Source: an uncultured Planctomycetota bacterium
Lineage (GTDB): Bacteria; Planctomycetota; Planctomycetia; Pirellulales; Lacipirellulaceae
Direction: 5' to 3'
DNA length: 64,000 bases
Assembly (NCBI GenBank): GCA_963847875.1
Contig: CAWKBR010000005.1
Span: forward strand, 81,635-145,634
This document shows, in pieces, positions 1-11,201 of this stretch (its first letter is position 1; every line of letters begins with the position of its first letter). A program made the translations under genes and the position numbers. The notes under the pieces were generated by a model. The model saw only the letters and a program-made list of their open reading frames with translations, made no database searches and was not told the DNA's origin.

Positions 1-885
1 ATGGAGCTTCCCAAGATTATCGACTACGCCCGCCAACGCGGCGTCGGCATTCGTCTGTGGGTGCATTGGAAGCCGCTTAGCGAGCACCTTGACGAAGCAT
101 TCGCGCGATACGAGTCGTGGGGCATCAAGGGACTGATGGTCGACTTCCTCGACCGCGACGACCAGGAGATGAACGACTTCACCGAGCGGATGCTGGCCAG
201 TGCCGCCCGCCACCATCTGAACATTCAAATCCATGGTTCGCCCAAGCCTAGCGGCGAGGAGCGAACCTTTCCAAACCTGTTCAACCGTGAAGGGGTGATG
301 AACCTTGAATACCTCAAGTGGCACGACGACGTGACGCCGGCCCACAATGTGAACGTGGCCTATACGCGAGCGTTGGCTGGACCACTGGATTATCACCTCG
401 GCGGCTTCCGCTCCGCTGCACGAGCGGACTTTCAACCACGTGACCGTGCCCCGATGGTGATGGGCTCGCGCTGTCACAACTTGGCGCTCTATGTTGTGTA
501 CGAAAACCCGCTGCCGATGATTGCCGATGACCCGAGCGCGTACGAAGGCCAGCCGGGATTCGATTTTCTCGCTGAGGTCCCGACCACCTGGGATGAAACC
601 CGTTTCTTGATTGGTGAGCCGGGCGAGTACGTCGTCATCGCTCGCCGCCGGGGCGATGCATGGTACGTCGGCGGAATTACCAACTGGACGCCGCGCGAGA
701 TCGAAGTGCCGCTGGATTTTCTCTCGCCAGGCAAGTTTCAGGCCAAGCTGTATGTCGACGGATCACTGGACGGGTCGCAGCCAAATGCCGTTAGCAAGCA
801 ACAGCGATCCGTCGACTCGGGGGCGCCAATCCACGTCTCGATGGCGCCGGGCGGCGGCTTCGTCGCTGTGCTGCGTGCCAATTGA
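1..885 (+). CDS. Glycoside hydrolase family 97 (alpha-glucosidase-like), C-terminal 294 aa; 5' end lies outside the window
   Basis: The ORF is open at the window edge. Motifs GIKGLMVDFLDRDDQEM, NIQIHGSPKPSGEERTFPN and NREGVMNLEYLKW match the GH97 (SusB-like) catalytic and C-terminal regions. Confidence 0.8.
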   Translation: MELPKIIDYARQRGVGIRLWVHWKPLSEHLDEAFARYESWGIKGLMVDFLDRDDQEMNDFTERMLASAARHHLNIQIHGSPKPSGEERTFPNLFNREGVMNLEYLKWHDDVTPAHNVNVAYTRALAGPLDYHLGGFRSAARADFQPRDRAPMVMGSRCHNLALYVVYENPLPMIADDPSAYEGQPGFDFLAEVPTTWDETRFLIGEPGEYVVIARRRGDAWYVGGITNWTPREIEVPLDFLSPGKFQAKLYVDGSLDGSQPNAVSKQQRSVDSGAPIHVSMAPGGGFVAVLRAN

Positions 886-1077
886 GCCGATTTGGATTCG
901 GCCAATACGAGCCATACTGGCGTGTCGGACTCATCTGGCTAAATCGTTGACTTGACCGGACCGATCGCCGCATGTCGTGTGGCCAGCAAATCCGTTGGGT
1001 TACGGCGTCTCAAACTTGCGTCGTCAAATGGACGTTGAAAAGTCGCGGACAGCAGGATTCGCGGCCTCACCAACGTT

Positions 1078-2389
<1,312 letters not shown>

Positions 2390-2626
2390 GGAAAGTTCAC
2401 CTGTCGCTGCGGAGGAAGGAACGCATCAATCACGCCGTTTTTTGGCTCAGATTGATTTGCGGCGAAAATGTCACGCGGAAAAGGAGACGAAAGGGTCATA
2501 TTTTATCGGATGAAACGATCCTCCGGGAGGGGTTTTGTTGGACAGTTTTGCGGGAGACGAGTAGGCTGGAAGAAAGCTGCCATTTCGGCCCCTTGGCCGA
2601 GGCGGCGAGTCTCCCGGACGGAACAG

Positions 2627-3682
2627 ATGACTTACTTCTCGATTCTTCGGCGGCATGCTGCCGTGGCGGCGATGGCGTTATCGCGCGCGGCGGAAGTTGT
2701 TTTTGCGCAGCTCGATTATTGTCCGGCAAGGGTGCGCTTGACGGTGATTGCGATGATCGCCGCGTTGCTCTGCGCCGACCAATGCAGCGCGACGATTGTC
2801 CGATTCAGCACGGTGCTTGGAAACGTCGACGTGCGGATCTACGATCAGGCCAAACCGCTGAGCGCTGCCAACTTCTTGGGTTACGTGAATCGCGGCGACT
2901 ATCAGAATGTGCTAATTCACCGCTCAGTTCCCGGCTTCGTCATCCAAGGGGGCCGATACCGATTCGACGGTACGGCCCAGATCGAACCGAATCAGTATCC
3001 GCAAGTCCCACAGCAGGCGCCAGTACTCAATGAGCCTGGCATCTCGAATTTGCGAGGCACGATTGCGTTTGCCAAGATTGGGCCACCGACAGGGCAGCCG
3101 CCTACGCAAGAGACAATTAATAGCGCTACACGTGAATGGTTCTTCAATCTCGGCGACAATTCGGCAAACCTGGACAATCAAAACGGTGGGTTCACGGTGT
3201 TCGGCCGCGTGGTCGGCAATGGCATGTCGGTCGTCGACCAGATTGCGGCGTTGCCCACGTTCGTATTTCAGAGCCCTTGGGACCAAGGGCCGATGCGAAA
3301 CTACACGGCGGCCGAGTATAACAACTTTGTACCTGTCGATGGCGACAATGTCGTCAACATGAATGTTTCCGTTTTGAACCTGCCGGCCGGCGACTATAAC
3401 TTCGATGGCACTGTAAACGCTGCGGACTACAACGTCTGGAAGACCAATTTCGGGTCGACGACCAACGCGGCAGCCGATGGCAATGGCGACGGCGTCGTCG
3501 ATGCCGCGGACTACACGGTATGGCGGAATTCGCTCGGCCAGTCTTCGGGCAGCGGTGGCATGGCCGGCCTGGCCGTGCCGGAGCCGGCTGCGGTCTTCTT
3601 AGTCGGTGTCGCCGCGACGACTTGTTGGGTGTGCCTGCACAGGAGCTTCGGCAGTCGCCCGCGACAATGGTCGAGGGTCTAG
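2627..3682 (+). CDS. Cyclophilin-type peptidyl-prolyl isomerase with dockerin-like repeats and PEP-CTERM anchor
   Basis: The cyclophilin core reads [43 protein letters not shown]...GGFTVFGRV. The C-terminus has [21 protein letters not shown] and [21 protein letters not shown] (dockerin-type D-x-N/D-x-D-G repeats), then VPEP plus a hydrophobic helix plus a basic tail. The ATG at 2627 (MTYFSILRR..., signal-like) is preferred over the ORF-track start at 2468. Confidence 0.8.
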   Translation: MTYFSILRRHAAVAAMALSRAAEVVFAQLDYCPARVRLTVIAMIAALLCADQCSATIVRFSTVLGNVDVRIYDQAKPLSAANFLGYVNRGDYQNVLIHRSVPGFVIQGGRYRFDGTAQIEPNQYPQVPQQAPVLNEPGISNLRGTIAFAKIGPPTGQPPTQETINSATREWFFNLGDNSANLDNQNGGFTVFGRVVGNGMSVVDQIAALPTFVFQSPWDQGPMRNYTAAEYNNFVPVDGDNVVNMNVSVLNLPAGDYNFDGTVNAADYNVWKTNFGSTTNAAADGNGDGVVDAADYTVWRNSLGQSSGSGGMAGLAVPEPAAVFLVGVAATTCWVCLHRSFGSRPRQWSRV

Positions 3683-3694
3683 AGGTTCATTCCC

Positions 3695-5300
3695 ATGCGA
3701 CGACGGTACATTTCTTCCGACACACTTTTTTGGCCGGCACACTTAGCGGCCTTCTGTCTCGCCCTCGCGCCGCTCGCCGCCGAGGCCAATCAATTCGTCA
3801 AGCTCGACTACAACTTGACGCTCAACAGCCGCTCGCGCGACACGGTGTTCATCGAGCTTTTCGACGACAAGCCGATTACGACCAGCAACTTCATGGCTTA
3901 TGTGAACGGCGGCAAGTACAACGGAATGTTCATGCACCGCTTGTCGCACGGCTTCGTGATGCAGGGTGGGGCATTCTATCCCCAGTATCAGATCGGAGCC
4001 CGCACTGACCGACATCCCCTATTCGCTCAAATCAAGTCCCGACGTGCAGGTCGATTTGGACGGCAATCCGGCCACGCCCAATCCAGAGATTGCGAATGAA
4101 TACTCGGTCGGCACGACTCGTTCGAATCTACGGGGAACGCTGGCAATGGCCCGCCGTAGCGGTGAGCCGAACAGCGCTTCCAGCCAATGGTTCGTGAGTT
4201 ACAAGAACAACTCGTTTCTGGACAGCGTCGACGGCGGCTTCACGGTGTTCGGCGAAGTTCGCGGCGACGGTATGAATTACTTCGACGCGCTCGACATTCT
4301 GCCAACTTCTAGCGCGGACGCAATGCACATCGTCGATCTCAATCAAGACGCCAATGACAATGGAAAACGAGACGATGTAGACGGCATAAATGGTCCATTT
4401 GGGAGTGCAGCCGATCCTTTAGATGGCGTGCCATTGCTGTTCGGCTATCTGGCCAATTTGGTCATCGTGCAAAACGCCGCGCGAATCGACTACTACGGAA
4501 ACACTGGCAGCAGCACCACGCTGAATTTCCCCAGCGGCGGACTGACCATCTCCACGCGCGACGCATTCCTCGACACGGGAACGACGCTGACCGGCTCGGG
4601 TGGACTGACAATCGGCGCGGGCCGCACGCTCGGTGTCCGCGAGGGGATCTTCGTCAATCGAAACGTCAATAACTTGGGCACGCTGGCGCCCGGCCTGCAA
4701 AACGCCGCGATCACGCTGCCGAGCTATCAACAGGGCGCCGGCGGAACGCTGGCGATCGACATTCGCGGCACGGCGGTCGACACGCATTACGATCGGCTGG
4801 CCGTGGCAGGGTCGGCACAATTGAGCGGCACGCTCGCGGTCGATTTCTTGAACCAGTACTTTCCCAAAGGAGGCGATGCGTTTACCGTGCTAACGGCCAG
4901 CTCGATCAGCGGCGACTTCACCAATTACAGCCTGCCGAATCTGTATCCGAGCGCGCGTTGGGCCATTGATAAGACTTCGACTGCCGTCACGCTGCGAGTC
5001 GTTGGGGGCGACTACGACGAAGACGGCAAAGTGGACGTCGCCGACTACAATCTTTGGAAGAGTACGTTTGGCACCGTCGTCACGAACTTCTCCGGCGCGG
5101 ACGGCAACGGCAACGGCATCGTCGATGCGGCCGACTACTCGATCTGGCGGAACTTCCTTGGTTACGTGGCTCCGCCGGGCAGCGGATCGGGCGCGTTGGC
5201 AGCCGACGGCGTGCCGGAACCGTGCTCCTTGCTGCTGCTGGTGATGGCTGCCGGCGTGTTGGCGCCGTTGGCTCGGCGCCGGCGCGTGGCACGGGCATAA
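3695..5300 (+). CDS. Second cyclophilin-type PPIase paralog with a beta-helix-like passenger region, dockerin-like repeats and PEP-CTERM; one frame change around 3962-3995
   Basis: ORF 3695..4099 carries the signal peptide plus ...FIELFDDKPITTSNFMAYVNGGKYNGMFMHRLSHGFVMQGG. ORF 3966..5300 continues with ...NLRGTLAMARRSGEPNSASSQWFVSYKNN...GGFTVFGEV. After that come G/T-rich repeats (GGLTISTRD..., GGLTIGAGRTLG...), then DYDEDGKVDVADYNLWKSTFG and DGNGNGIVDAADYSIWRNFLG, and finally VPEPCSLLLLV...RRRR. Confidence 0.75.
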
Positions 5301-5564
5301 CCACGTTGGCCCGCCCCGTCCACGAATACCAGGTGGCTCGTCTCCTGGAACGCTCGGGCGAAGCGTTCAACGACTGGGGGATCATCTACAGGCTAGTGCT
5401 CCGTCAAGTTTTAACTTCAAGGCTGACAAAGCAGTAGAGCCTCATAGCCCCGTTTCTTTATCGGACCAGGCAAAGTATCACGAATCCTCGCCGCTCTCTT
5501 TCCAACTGCATCGCGCCGGTGCACAATGCAGTGGTCTCCAACACGCAGACGGGGAATTCCATCG

Positions 5565-8015
5565 ATGACAGGAGTATACACCGGCGGCTGGTTCTTTCTG
5601 GCACTCGCTGCGATTCTCAGTTCGCATCTCGAAGTCGCTGAGCCGCGGTTGTCGAGCGACCGTTATCGTCTTGAGCTGCTGGCCCAAGAGCCCGACGTCG
5701 TCACGCCGATCGGCATGACGTTCGACAGCGCGGGGCGGCTGCTCGTGGTCGAATCGCACACGCACCAGCGGAAGGCAGACTACAAGGGCCCGACGCGCGA
5801 CCGCATCCGCATGTTCGCCGATTCCGACGGCGACGGTCGGCTCGACCAGTGGAGCACGTTTGCCGAGGGGTTTCTGCACGCGATGAACGTGCTCGCCCGG
5901 CCCGACGGCGGCGTCTACGTGCTGGCCCGACATCAAGTCGTACTCGTGCGCGACACCGACGGCGACGGCCACGCCGACCAGCAGCAAGAAATCATTCACC
6001 TCGAATCGGATGACGACTATCCGCACAACGGCTTGGGCGGCATCGCGCGGATGGCCGACGGCTCGCTGCTCATTTGCCTCGGCGAGAACCACGGCTTTGC
6101 GTTTACGATCACCGGTTCCGACGGCAGCAAGCTCTCCGGCACCGGCGGTTTCGATGGCGTGATCCACGCGACGGCCGACGGCGGCCAACTCGAGTGGCTG
6201 GCCCACGGGTGTTGGAACCCGTTCAGCATTTGCGTCGATCCGCGCGGACGGATGTTTGCGGTCGACAACGATCCGGACGCCAGCCCGCCCTGCCGGCTGC
6301 TGCACATTGTGCCGGGCGGCGACTATGGCTATCTCTACCAATACGGCCGGGCCGGCACCCATCCGCTGCAAGCCTGGAACGGCGAATTGCCCGGCACGCT
6401 GCCGATGGTCTGCGGCGTCGGCGAAGCGCCGACCGCGATCGTGGCCCACGCCGGCAGCCTGTGGGTCAGCAGTTGGGGCGACCATCGCGTCGAGCGCTAC
6501 ACTCTGGTGCCCCGCGGCGCGTCGTTCGGCGCCGACCGCGAGATCGTTGTGCAGGGCAACGCCGACTTCCGCCCGACCGGCATGGCCGTCGCCCCCGACG
6601 GCTCGATCTACTTCGGCGACTGGGTGCTCCGCGACTACGAAGTCCACGGCCACGGCCGGGTTTGGCGGCTCACACTGCCAAAGGACGAGTTGGCGAAGGT
6701 GACTCCGGCATTGTCAGCCGCCGAACAACAAGTCGCAGCGCTGACGCCTGCCGAGGCGGAAAAATCACTGGCGTCCGACGATCCTTACCTACATACGGCC
6801 GGCGTTTGGCAATTGGCCAAGCACGACGGTTCGCAACTCGACGCGCGCCGACAGCCAAGTGACGCGCGAGTGCGACTCGGCCATCTCGAAGCGCTCCGGC
6901 GACGGTATTCCCAACCAGCCGATGCGATTCTGCGCAACGCACTGGCCGACCAGTCGCCCGACGTGCGGCTCTACGCGGTCCGCTGGATCGCCGACGAGCG
7001 GTTGACGGCCCTCCGCGACGACGTGGCCCAGCTCCTCGACGGACCGCTGCCGAGCCCGCGCTACTATCTCGCCGTGCTTGGTTCCGTCGACTGGTTGGAC
7101 GATGATCCCAAGCTGCGAACCGCCGGCGTCAACGACGCGCTGTTGGTGCGGGAGCTGCGCAGCGAGCGGCGCTCGCCGGCCGTCCACGCGCTCGCGCTGC
7201 AACTGATTTCGCCGGACGACAAGTTTCTCACCACCGATCGGCTCGCCGGCTACCTGCAGGATGAGTACGAGCCGCTGCGGCTCGAGGCCGTCCGCACACT
7301 GGCCCAACAAACCAATCCCGAGCGCTTTACGCTCTTGGAATCGACGGCGCGCGACACCGCTCAGTCGGATGCCGTGCGAGCGGAGGCGCTCGTCGGCCTG
7401 GCCGCGGCGGCGAATCTCGCTCACGAGGTGCTGGAGGGATTCGCGGAGGACAAGAATCCAACGCTCCGGCACGAGGCGGAGCGTCTGTTGCGGCTCGCGC
7501 GGCTGCGGCCCGTGCCAATCGAAGCCAAGCCGCCGGCCGACGATCTCGCGGCCTGGAACCGTTTGCTCGCCGAGCCGGGCGATGCACAGGTGGGACGCAG
7601 GCTGTTCTTCAGCCCGGTGGGGCCGCGGTGCAGCGTGTGCCACGAGTACGATGGCCGCGGCGGACGGGTCGGCCCCGACCTGACGCAGATCTCGCGCAGC
7701 AGTTCCCGCGAGCGGATCATCGCCTCGATCCTGCAGCCCAGTCAGGAGATTGCGCCCCACTTTCGACCCTGGGTGCTCGTGACCAAAGACGGCAAGACGC
7801 GCACCGGCCTCCGCCTTGCCAAGGCGGGCGACGACGGCATCGAGCCCTACGTCGATTCCGAAGGCCACGAGTTCACGCTCGAGAGCGACGCAGTCGAAAC
7901 GCGCAGCACCAGCACGAACTCGATCATGCCCGACGGCCTCGAGACGATGCTCTCGATCGCCGACCTCCGCGATTTGGTGACATTCCTCACCGCGCCGCCT
8001 CCATCAGCCAATTAG
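5565..8015 (+). CDS. PVC-type heme-binding CxxCH protein (membrane-bound dehydrogenase-like beta-propeller + HEAT repeats + cytochrome c domain)
   Basis: The N-terminus has a signal or TM segment. The propeller region reads VVTPIGMTFDSAGRLLVVESHTH...DSDGDGRLD...DTDGDGHAD. HEAT-like repeats follow (SPDVRLYAVRWIAD...). The C-terminus is LFFSPVGPRCSVCHEYDGRGGRVGPDL...SIMP. The start is uncertain (ORF track 5526, ATG at 5565). Confidence 0.8.
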   Translation: MTGVYTGGWFFLALAAILSSHLEVAEPRLSSDRYRLELLAQEPDVVTPIGMTFDSAGRLLVVESHTHQRKADYKGPTRDRIRMFADSDGDGRLDQWSTFAEGFLHAMNVLARPDGGVYVLARHQVVLVRDTDGDGHADQQQEIIHLESDDDYPHNGLGGIARMADGSLLICLGENHGFAFTITGSDGSKLSGTGGFDGVIHATADGGQLEWLAHGCWNPFSICVDPRGRMFAVDNDPDASPPCRLLHIVPGGDYGYLYQYGRAGTHPLQAWNGELPGTLPMVCGVGEAPTAIVAHAGSLWVSSWGDHRVERYTLVPRGASFGADREIVVQGNADFRPTGMAVAPDGSIYFGDWVLRDYEVHGHGRVWRLTLPKDELAKVTPALSAAEQQVAALTPAEAEKSLASDDPYLHTAGVWQLAKHDGSQLDARRQPSDARVRLGHLEALRRRYSQPADAILRNALADQSPDVRLYAVRWIADERLTALRDDVAQLLDGPLPSPRYYLAVLGSVDWLDDDPKLRTAGVNDALLVRELRSERRSPAVHALALQLISPDDKFLTTDRLAGYLQDEYEPLRLEAVRTLAQQTNPERFTLLESTARDTAQSDAVRAEALVGLAAAANLAHEVLEGFAEDKNPTLRHEAERLLRLARLRPVPIEAKPPADDLAAWNRLLAEPGDAQVGRRLFFSPVGPRCSVCHEYDGRGGRVGPDLTQISRSSSRERIIASILQPSQEIAPHFRPWVLVTKDGKTRTGLRLAKAGDDGIEPYVDSEGHEFTLESDAVETRSTSTNSIMPDGLETMLSIADLRDLVTFLTAPPPSAN

Positions 8016-8071
8016 CCGCGTCGCTTGCAACGCGCGGATGCGCGGTCGCGCGTCGCAAGCGACGCGGCTAA
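8012..8071. repeat. Long palindrome/hairpin overlapping the stop codon of the heme protein gene
   Basis: TTAGCCGCGTCGCTTGC (8012-8028) pairs perfectly with GCAAGCGACGCGGCTAA (8055-8071). The stem extends a further 7 of 8 bp inward, giving about 25 bp of stem and a ~10-nt loop. No U-tract follows. Confidence 0.7.
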
Positions 8072-8251
8072 CTGCGCTAGCGGTGCCAGCATCCGCGACC
8101 CACCCCACTTCGCGCCGCCTTCCCAGCATCCGCGACCGGCAAACTTTGTTGGAGCCGCGCCATGCGACCCACCGATCCATATATCTTGTACGCGAAGGGG
8201 GACGGTACGCGCCGCGGCCGAAATCGGTCGGGGCCCGGTTGAGGTTCCCCC

Positions 8252-9121
8252 ATGTCCAGCGCATCTTCCACTTCCGGCATCGACGGCTCGCCGCGCGGCC
8301 CGATCATGGCGACGGCCGGCTCGGTCGCCGACCTCGGTGCCGTGACCATCCGCTGGGTCGAGATGCTCGGCGACATTTCGCTCTTCGCGCTAAGTACCAT
8401 TTCCTGGCTGCTGTCGCGGCGGCCGCGTCGTGGCACGCTGCTCAACTCGCTCTACAACATCGGCGTGCTGAGTCTGCCGGTGGTCGCGCTCACGGGCACC
8501 TTCATCGGCATGGTGCTCGCCGTCCAATCGTACACGCAGTTCAAGCAGTTCGGCTTCGAGACGCGGCTCGGCGCGCTGATCAACATGTCGATGTGCCGCG
8601 AGCTGGGGCCCGTGCTGGCCGCGACGATGCTCGCCGGCCGCGTCGGCAGCGCGATCGCCGCCGAGCTGGGCACGATGCGGATCACCGAGCAAATCGACGC
8701 GCTGGCCAGCATGGGCGCGAACCCGGTGCACTATCTCGTCGTGCCGCGGTTCCTCGGTTGCCTGTTGATGATCCCTTCGCTCACGCTGATGGCGGTGTTC
8801 ATGGGCGTCGTCGGCGGCGGCTACTACTCGATCCACGTGCTGGGCATCGACTCCTACCACTACTGGAGCAACTCCCGCAACATCGTCAGCAATTGGGACC
8901 TGTTCTACGGCATCATCAAGAGCGTGTTCTTCGGCGCCACGATCGCCATCGTCAGCTGCTATCGCGGATTCCATTGCGATCCGGGCGCGGAGGGCGTGGG
9001 TCGGGCCGCGACCACTGCCTTCGTCATGTCGTTCGTCGTGATCCTGATCCTCGATTTCGTGCTCAGCATTCTGCTCGACAACGTACACGACATGATCTGG
9101 CCGCAGATGATCAACGGATAG
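8252..9121 (+). CDS. mlaE: MlaE-family ABC transporter permease
   Basis: This is a full-length ORF. Motifs LNSLYNIGVLSLPVVALTGTFIGMVLAVQSY, CRELGPVLAATMLAGRVGSAIAAELGTMRITEQIDAL and PRFLGCLLMIPSLT are typical of MlaE/Ttg2B. Confidence 0.85.
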   Translation: MSSASSTSGIDGSPRGPIMATAGSVADLGAVTIRWVEMLGDISLFALSTISWLLSRRPRRGTLLNSLYNIGVLSLPVVALTGTFIGMVLAVQSYTQFKQFGFETRLGALINMSMCRELGPVLAATMLAGRVGSAIAAELGTMRITEQIDALASMGANPVHYLVVPRFLGCLLMIPSLTLMAVFMGVVGGGYYSIHVLGIDSYHYWSNSRNIVSNWDLFYGIIKSVFFGATIAIVSCYRGFHCDPGAEGVGRAATTAFVMSFVVILILDFVLSILLDNVHDMIWPQMING

Positions 9122-9163
9122 CAATAATCTACTGAGGTCAGGCGGGAATGCCTGACGCAAAAG

Positions 9164-9991
9164 ATGGTCGCCGCGAATACCAACTCCACGGAACCGCTGA
9201 TCGCGCTGAGCGAGCTGAGCGTCCAGTTCGGCGCGCAGAGCGTGCTGCGCGAAATCGACCTGGTGATTCCCAGCGGCCAGACGCTGTCGATCATCGGCGA
9301 GAGCGGTTGCGGCAAGACGGTGCTCCTCAAGACGATTATCGGCCTGGTGCGGCCCAGCCGAGGCTACGTGACGTTCGACGGCCACCGGCTCGACGAACTC
9401 AACGACAAACAGATGACAGCCCAGCGGACTCGCTTTGGCTACGTGTTTCAGAACGCCGCCCTGTTCGACAGCATGACCGTCGCCGAGAACGTCGCCTTCC
9501 CGCTCGAGCAAAATCAAAACATGCGGTTCGACGCCGCTCGCGAGGCCGTGGCCGGCTATCTCGCCGAAGTCGGCCTCCCCGAAAGCGTGATGACCAAGAA
9601 ACCGGCCCAGCTATCGGGCGGCATGCGGAAGCGCGTCGGCCTCGCCCGGGCGCTGGCCATGAACCCGGAAGTGATCCTCTACGACGAGCCGACCACCGGC
9701 CTCGACCCGATCATGAGCGACGTCATCAACGAGCTGATCATCCGCACCCGCGAGCACCACGCCGTCACCAGCATCCTCGTCACGCACGACATGAAAAACG
9801 CCTTCAAAACCTCCGACCGCATCGTGATGCTCTACCCGCTCGCCCGGCTCGACGACCACGAACCGCAAATCATCTTCGACGGCACGCCGGCCGAAATCGA
9901 AACCTCGACCGACAAACGCGTCTCGCAATTCGTCCGCGGCGAAGCGGGCGAACGATTGATGGAAATGAGAGAAAAAGCTATTAGCTCTTAG
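9164..9991 (+). CDS. mlaF: MlaF-like ABC transporter ATP-binding protein
   Basis: Walker A is GESGCGKT, the ABC signature is LSGGMRKRVGLARAL, and Walker B is ILYDEPTTGLDP. It lies immediately downstream of mlaE. Confidence 0.85.
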   Translation: MVAANTNSTEPLIALSELSVQFGAQSVLREIDLVIPSGQTLSIIGESGCGKTVLLKTIIGLVRPSRGYVTFDGHRLDELNDKQMTAQRTRFGYVFQNAALFDSMTVAENVAFPLEQNQNMRFDAAREAVAGYLAEVGLPESVMTKKPAQLSGGMRKRVGLARALAMNPEVILYDEPTTGLDPIMSDVINELIIRTREHHAVTSILVTHDMKNAFKTSDRIVMLYPLARLDDHEPQIIFDGTPAEIETSTDKRVSQFVRGEAGERLMEMREKAISS

Positions 9992-10066
9992 CCGTTGGCT
10001 ATTAGCCGATCTCAACTACGCTTTGAAGAATTCCGGAGCTAAAAGCTAAGAGCTAACTGCTAATAG
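9977..10066. repeat. Array of palindrome-like 9-mers (GCTAWNAGC type) between mlaF and mlaD
   Basis: GCTATTAGC-TCTTAGC sits at 9977-9992 and overlaps the mlaF stop. GCTATTAGC recurs at 9998-10006. AGCTAAAAGCTAAGAGCTAACTGCTAATAGC runs up to 10066. The left and right halves are inverted relative to each other. Confidence 0.5.
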
Positions 10067-10076
10067 CTTCTTACCC

Positions 10077-11176
10077 ATGAACGACCGCACCAAACAATTT
10101 CGCGTCGGCGTCGTCGTGTTGGCCACGTCGATCATCGGGGGGATCCTCACGATGCTCAATGGGCCGACCTTCACCGAGTGGATTCCCGGCCTCAATCGGC
10201 ACTACCAGGTCACCATCGAGTTGCCGGAGGCCCCCGGCATCGGGCCTGACACGCCGATCCGCAAGAACGGCTTACTCATCGGCCGCGTCGCCGCCGTCGA
10301 AGATTTGCAGGACCACGTCGCGTTGAAGGCCAACATCGACGCCGGTAGCCTGCTCTACCCGAACTATCACGTGCAAGTCCGCACCACGCTGCTGGGCGAC
10401 GCCACCGTCGAGTTCGTGACGGCGCCCGTCCAGGCTGGGTACGCCGCCGGTCGGCAATGGCGCCGTTTTCACGGTCAGCAAGGGCGAAATCGCTCCCAGC
10501 CCCATGGATGCCATCGCCAATCTACAGGGCGACCTGAAGAAAATGATTGCGTCGCTGCGAAACCGCCGGCGACGAGGTCGGCAAGCTCGCCAAGACCGTC
10601 AACGAGGCCATCGGGCCCAACCCCGAGGCCGGCCGGATCCCCAAACTGCTCGACACGGCCGAAGTCTCGATGAAGAACTTGTCGCAGGCGGCCGAGACGA
10701 TGAACAAGTTCTTCGGCGATCCCGAGCTGATGAGCACCGTCCGCGAGGCCCGCATGACCATGAACGACGTCCGCGACGTCGCCCAAAAGGTCCAAGCACC
10801 CATCGACTCGATCGATCGCAACCTGAAAAACCTCGAAGGCTTCACCGAGCCGCTTGGCCGCAACGGCGAACAAGTCGCCCACTCGCTGATCGACGCCCTC
10901 AATGGCCTCAGCCGCGTCGTCGAGGAACTGACCGTGCTGACCGAAGCCCTCAACAACCGCAACGGCACGATCGGCCGGCTGATCCACGATCCCGCCGTCT
11001 ACGACAATCTCAACCGCCTGTTGTGCAATTCGAACCAGGTCGTCCTGCAGATCAGCGGCCTGACACAGCGGCTGAGGCCAGTCGTCGAAGACGCCCGCGT
11101 GTTCATGGACAAAATTGCCCGCGAACCGGGCCGCGTGGTGAGCGGCGCATTCTCGAACAGCCCCGGCATCAAATGA
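10077..11176 (+). CDS. mlaD: MlaD/MCE-family substrate-binding protein; two inferred 1-nt insertions (~10440, ~10561)
   Basis: The gene is spread over three frames. Frame 10077 holds the TM helix plus the MCE domain (YQVTIELPEAPGIGPDTPIRKNGLLIGRVAAVE...VRTTLLGDATVEF). The frame of 10504 reads TPPVGNGAVFTVSKGEIAPSPMDAIANLQGDLKKMIASL. The frame of 10547 reads TAGDEVGKLAKTVNEAI...GTIGRLIHDPAVYDNLN. The last ~10 codons and the stop lie inside a REP-like repeat. Confidence 0.75.
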
Positions 11177-11201
11177 GTTAGCGCCGGCGGTCACGCCGGA
11201 C
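11144..11201 (+). repeat. REP-like repeat, copy A
   Basis: GGCGCATTCTCGAACAGCCCCGGCATCAAATGAGTTAGCGCCGGCGGTCACGCCGGAC contains a small hairpin (CCGGCG-GTCA-CGCCGG). Related copies are at 20354, 24308 and 28141, all in the same orientation. Confidence 0.6.

Noticed and set aside
11146-11176. The MlaD C-terminal peptide GAFSNSPGIK as a genuine conserved domain
   Set aside because: The same nucleotide sequence occurs in three intergenic REP-like copies. It is more likely repeat-derived than part of the MCE protein fold.
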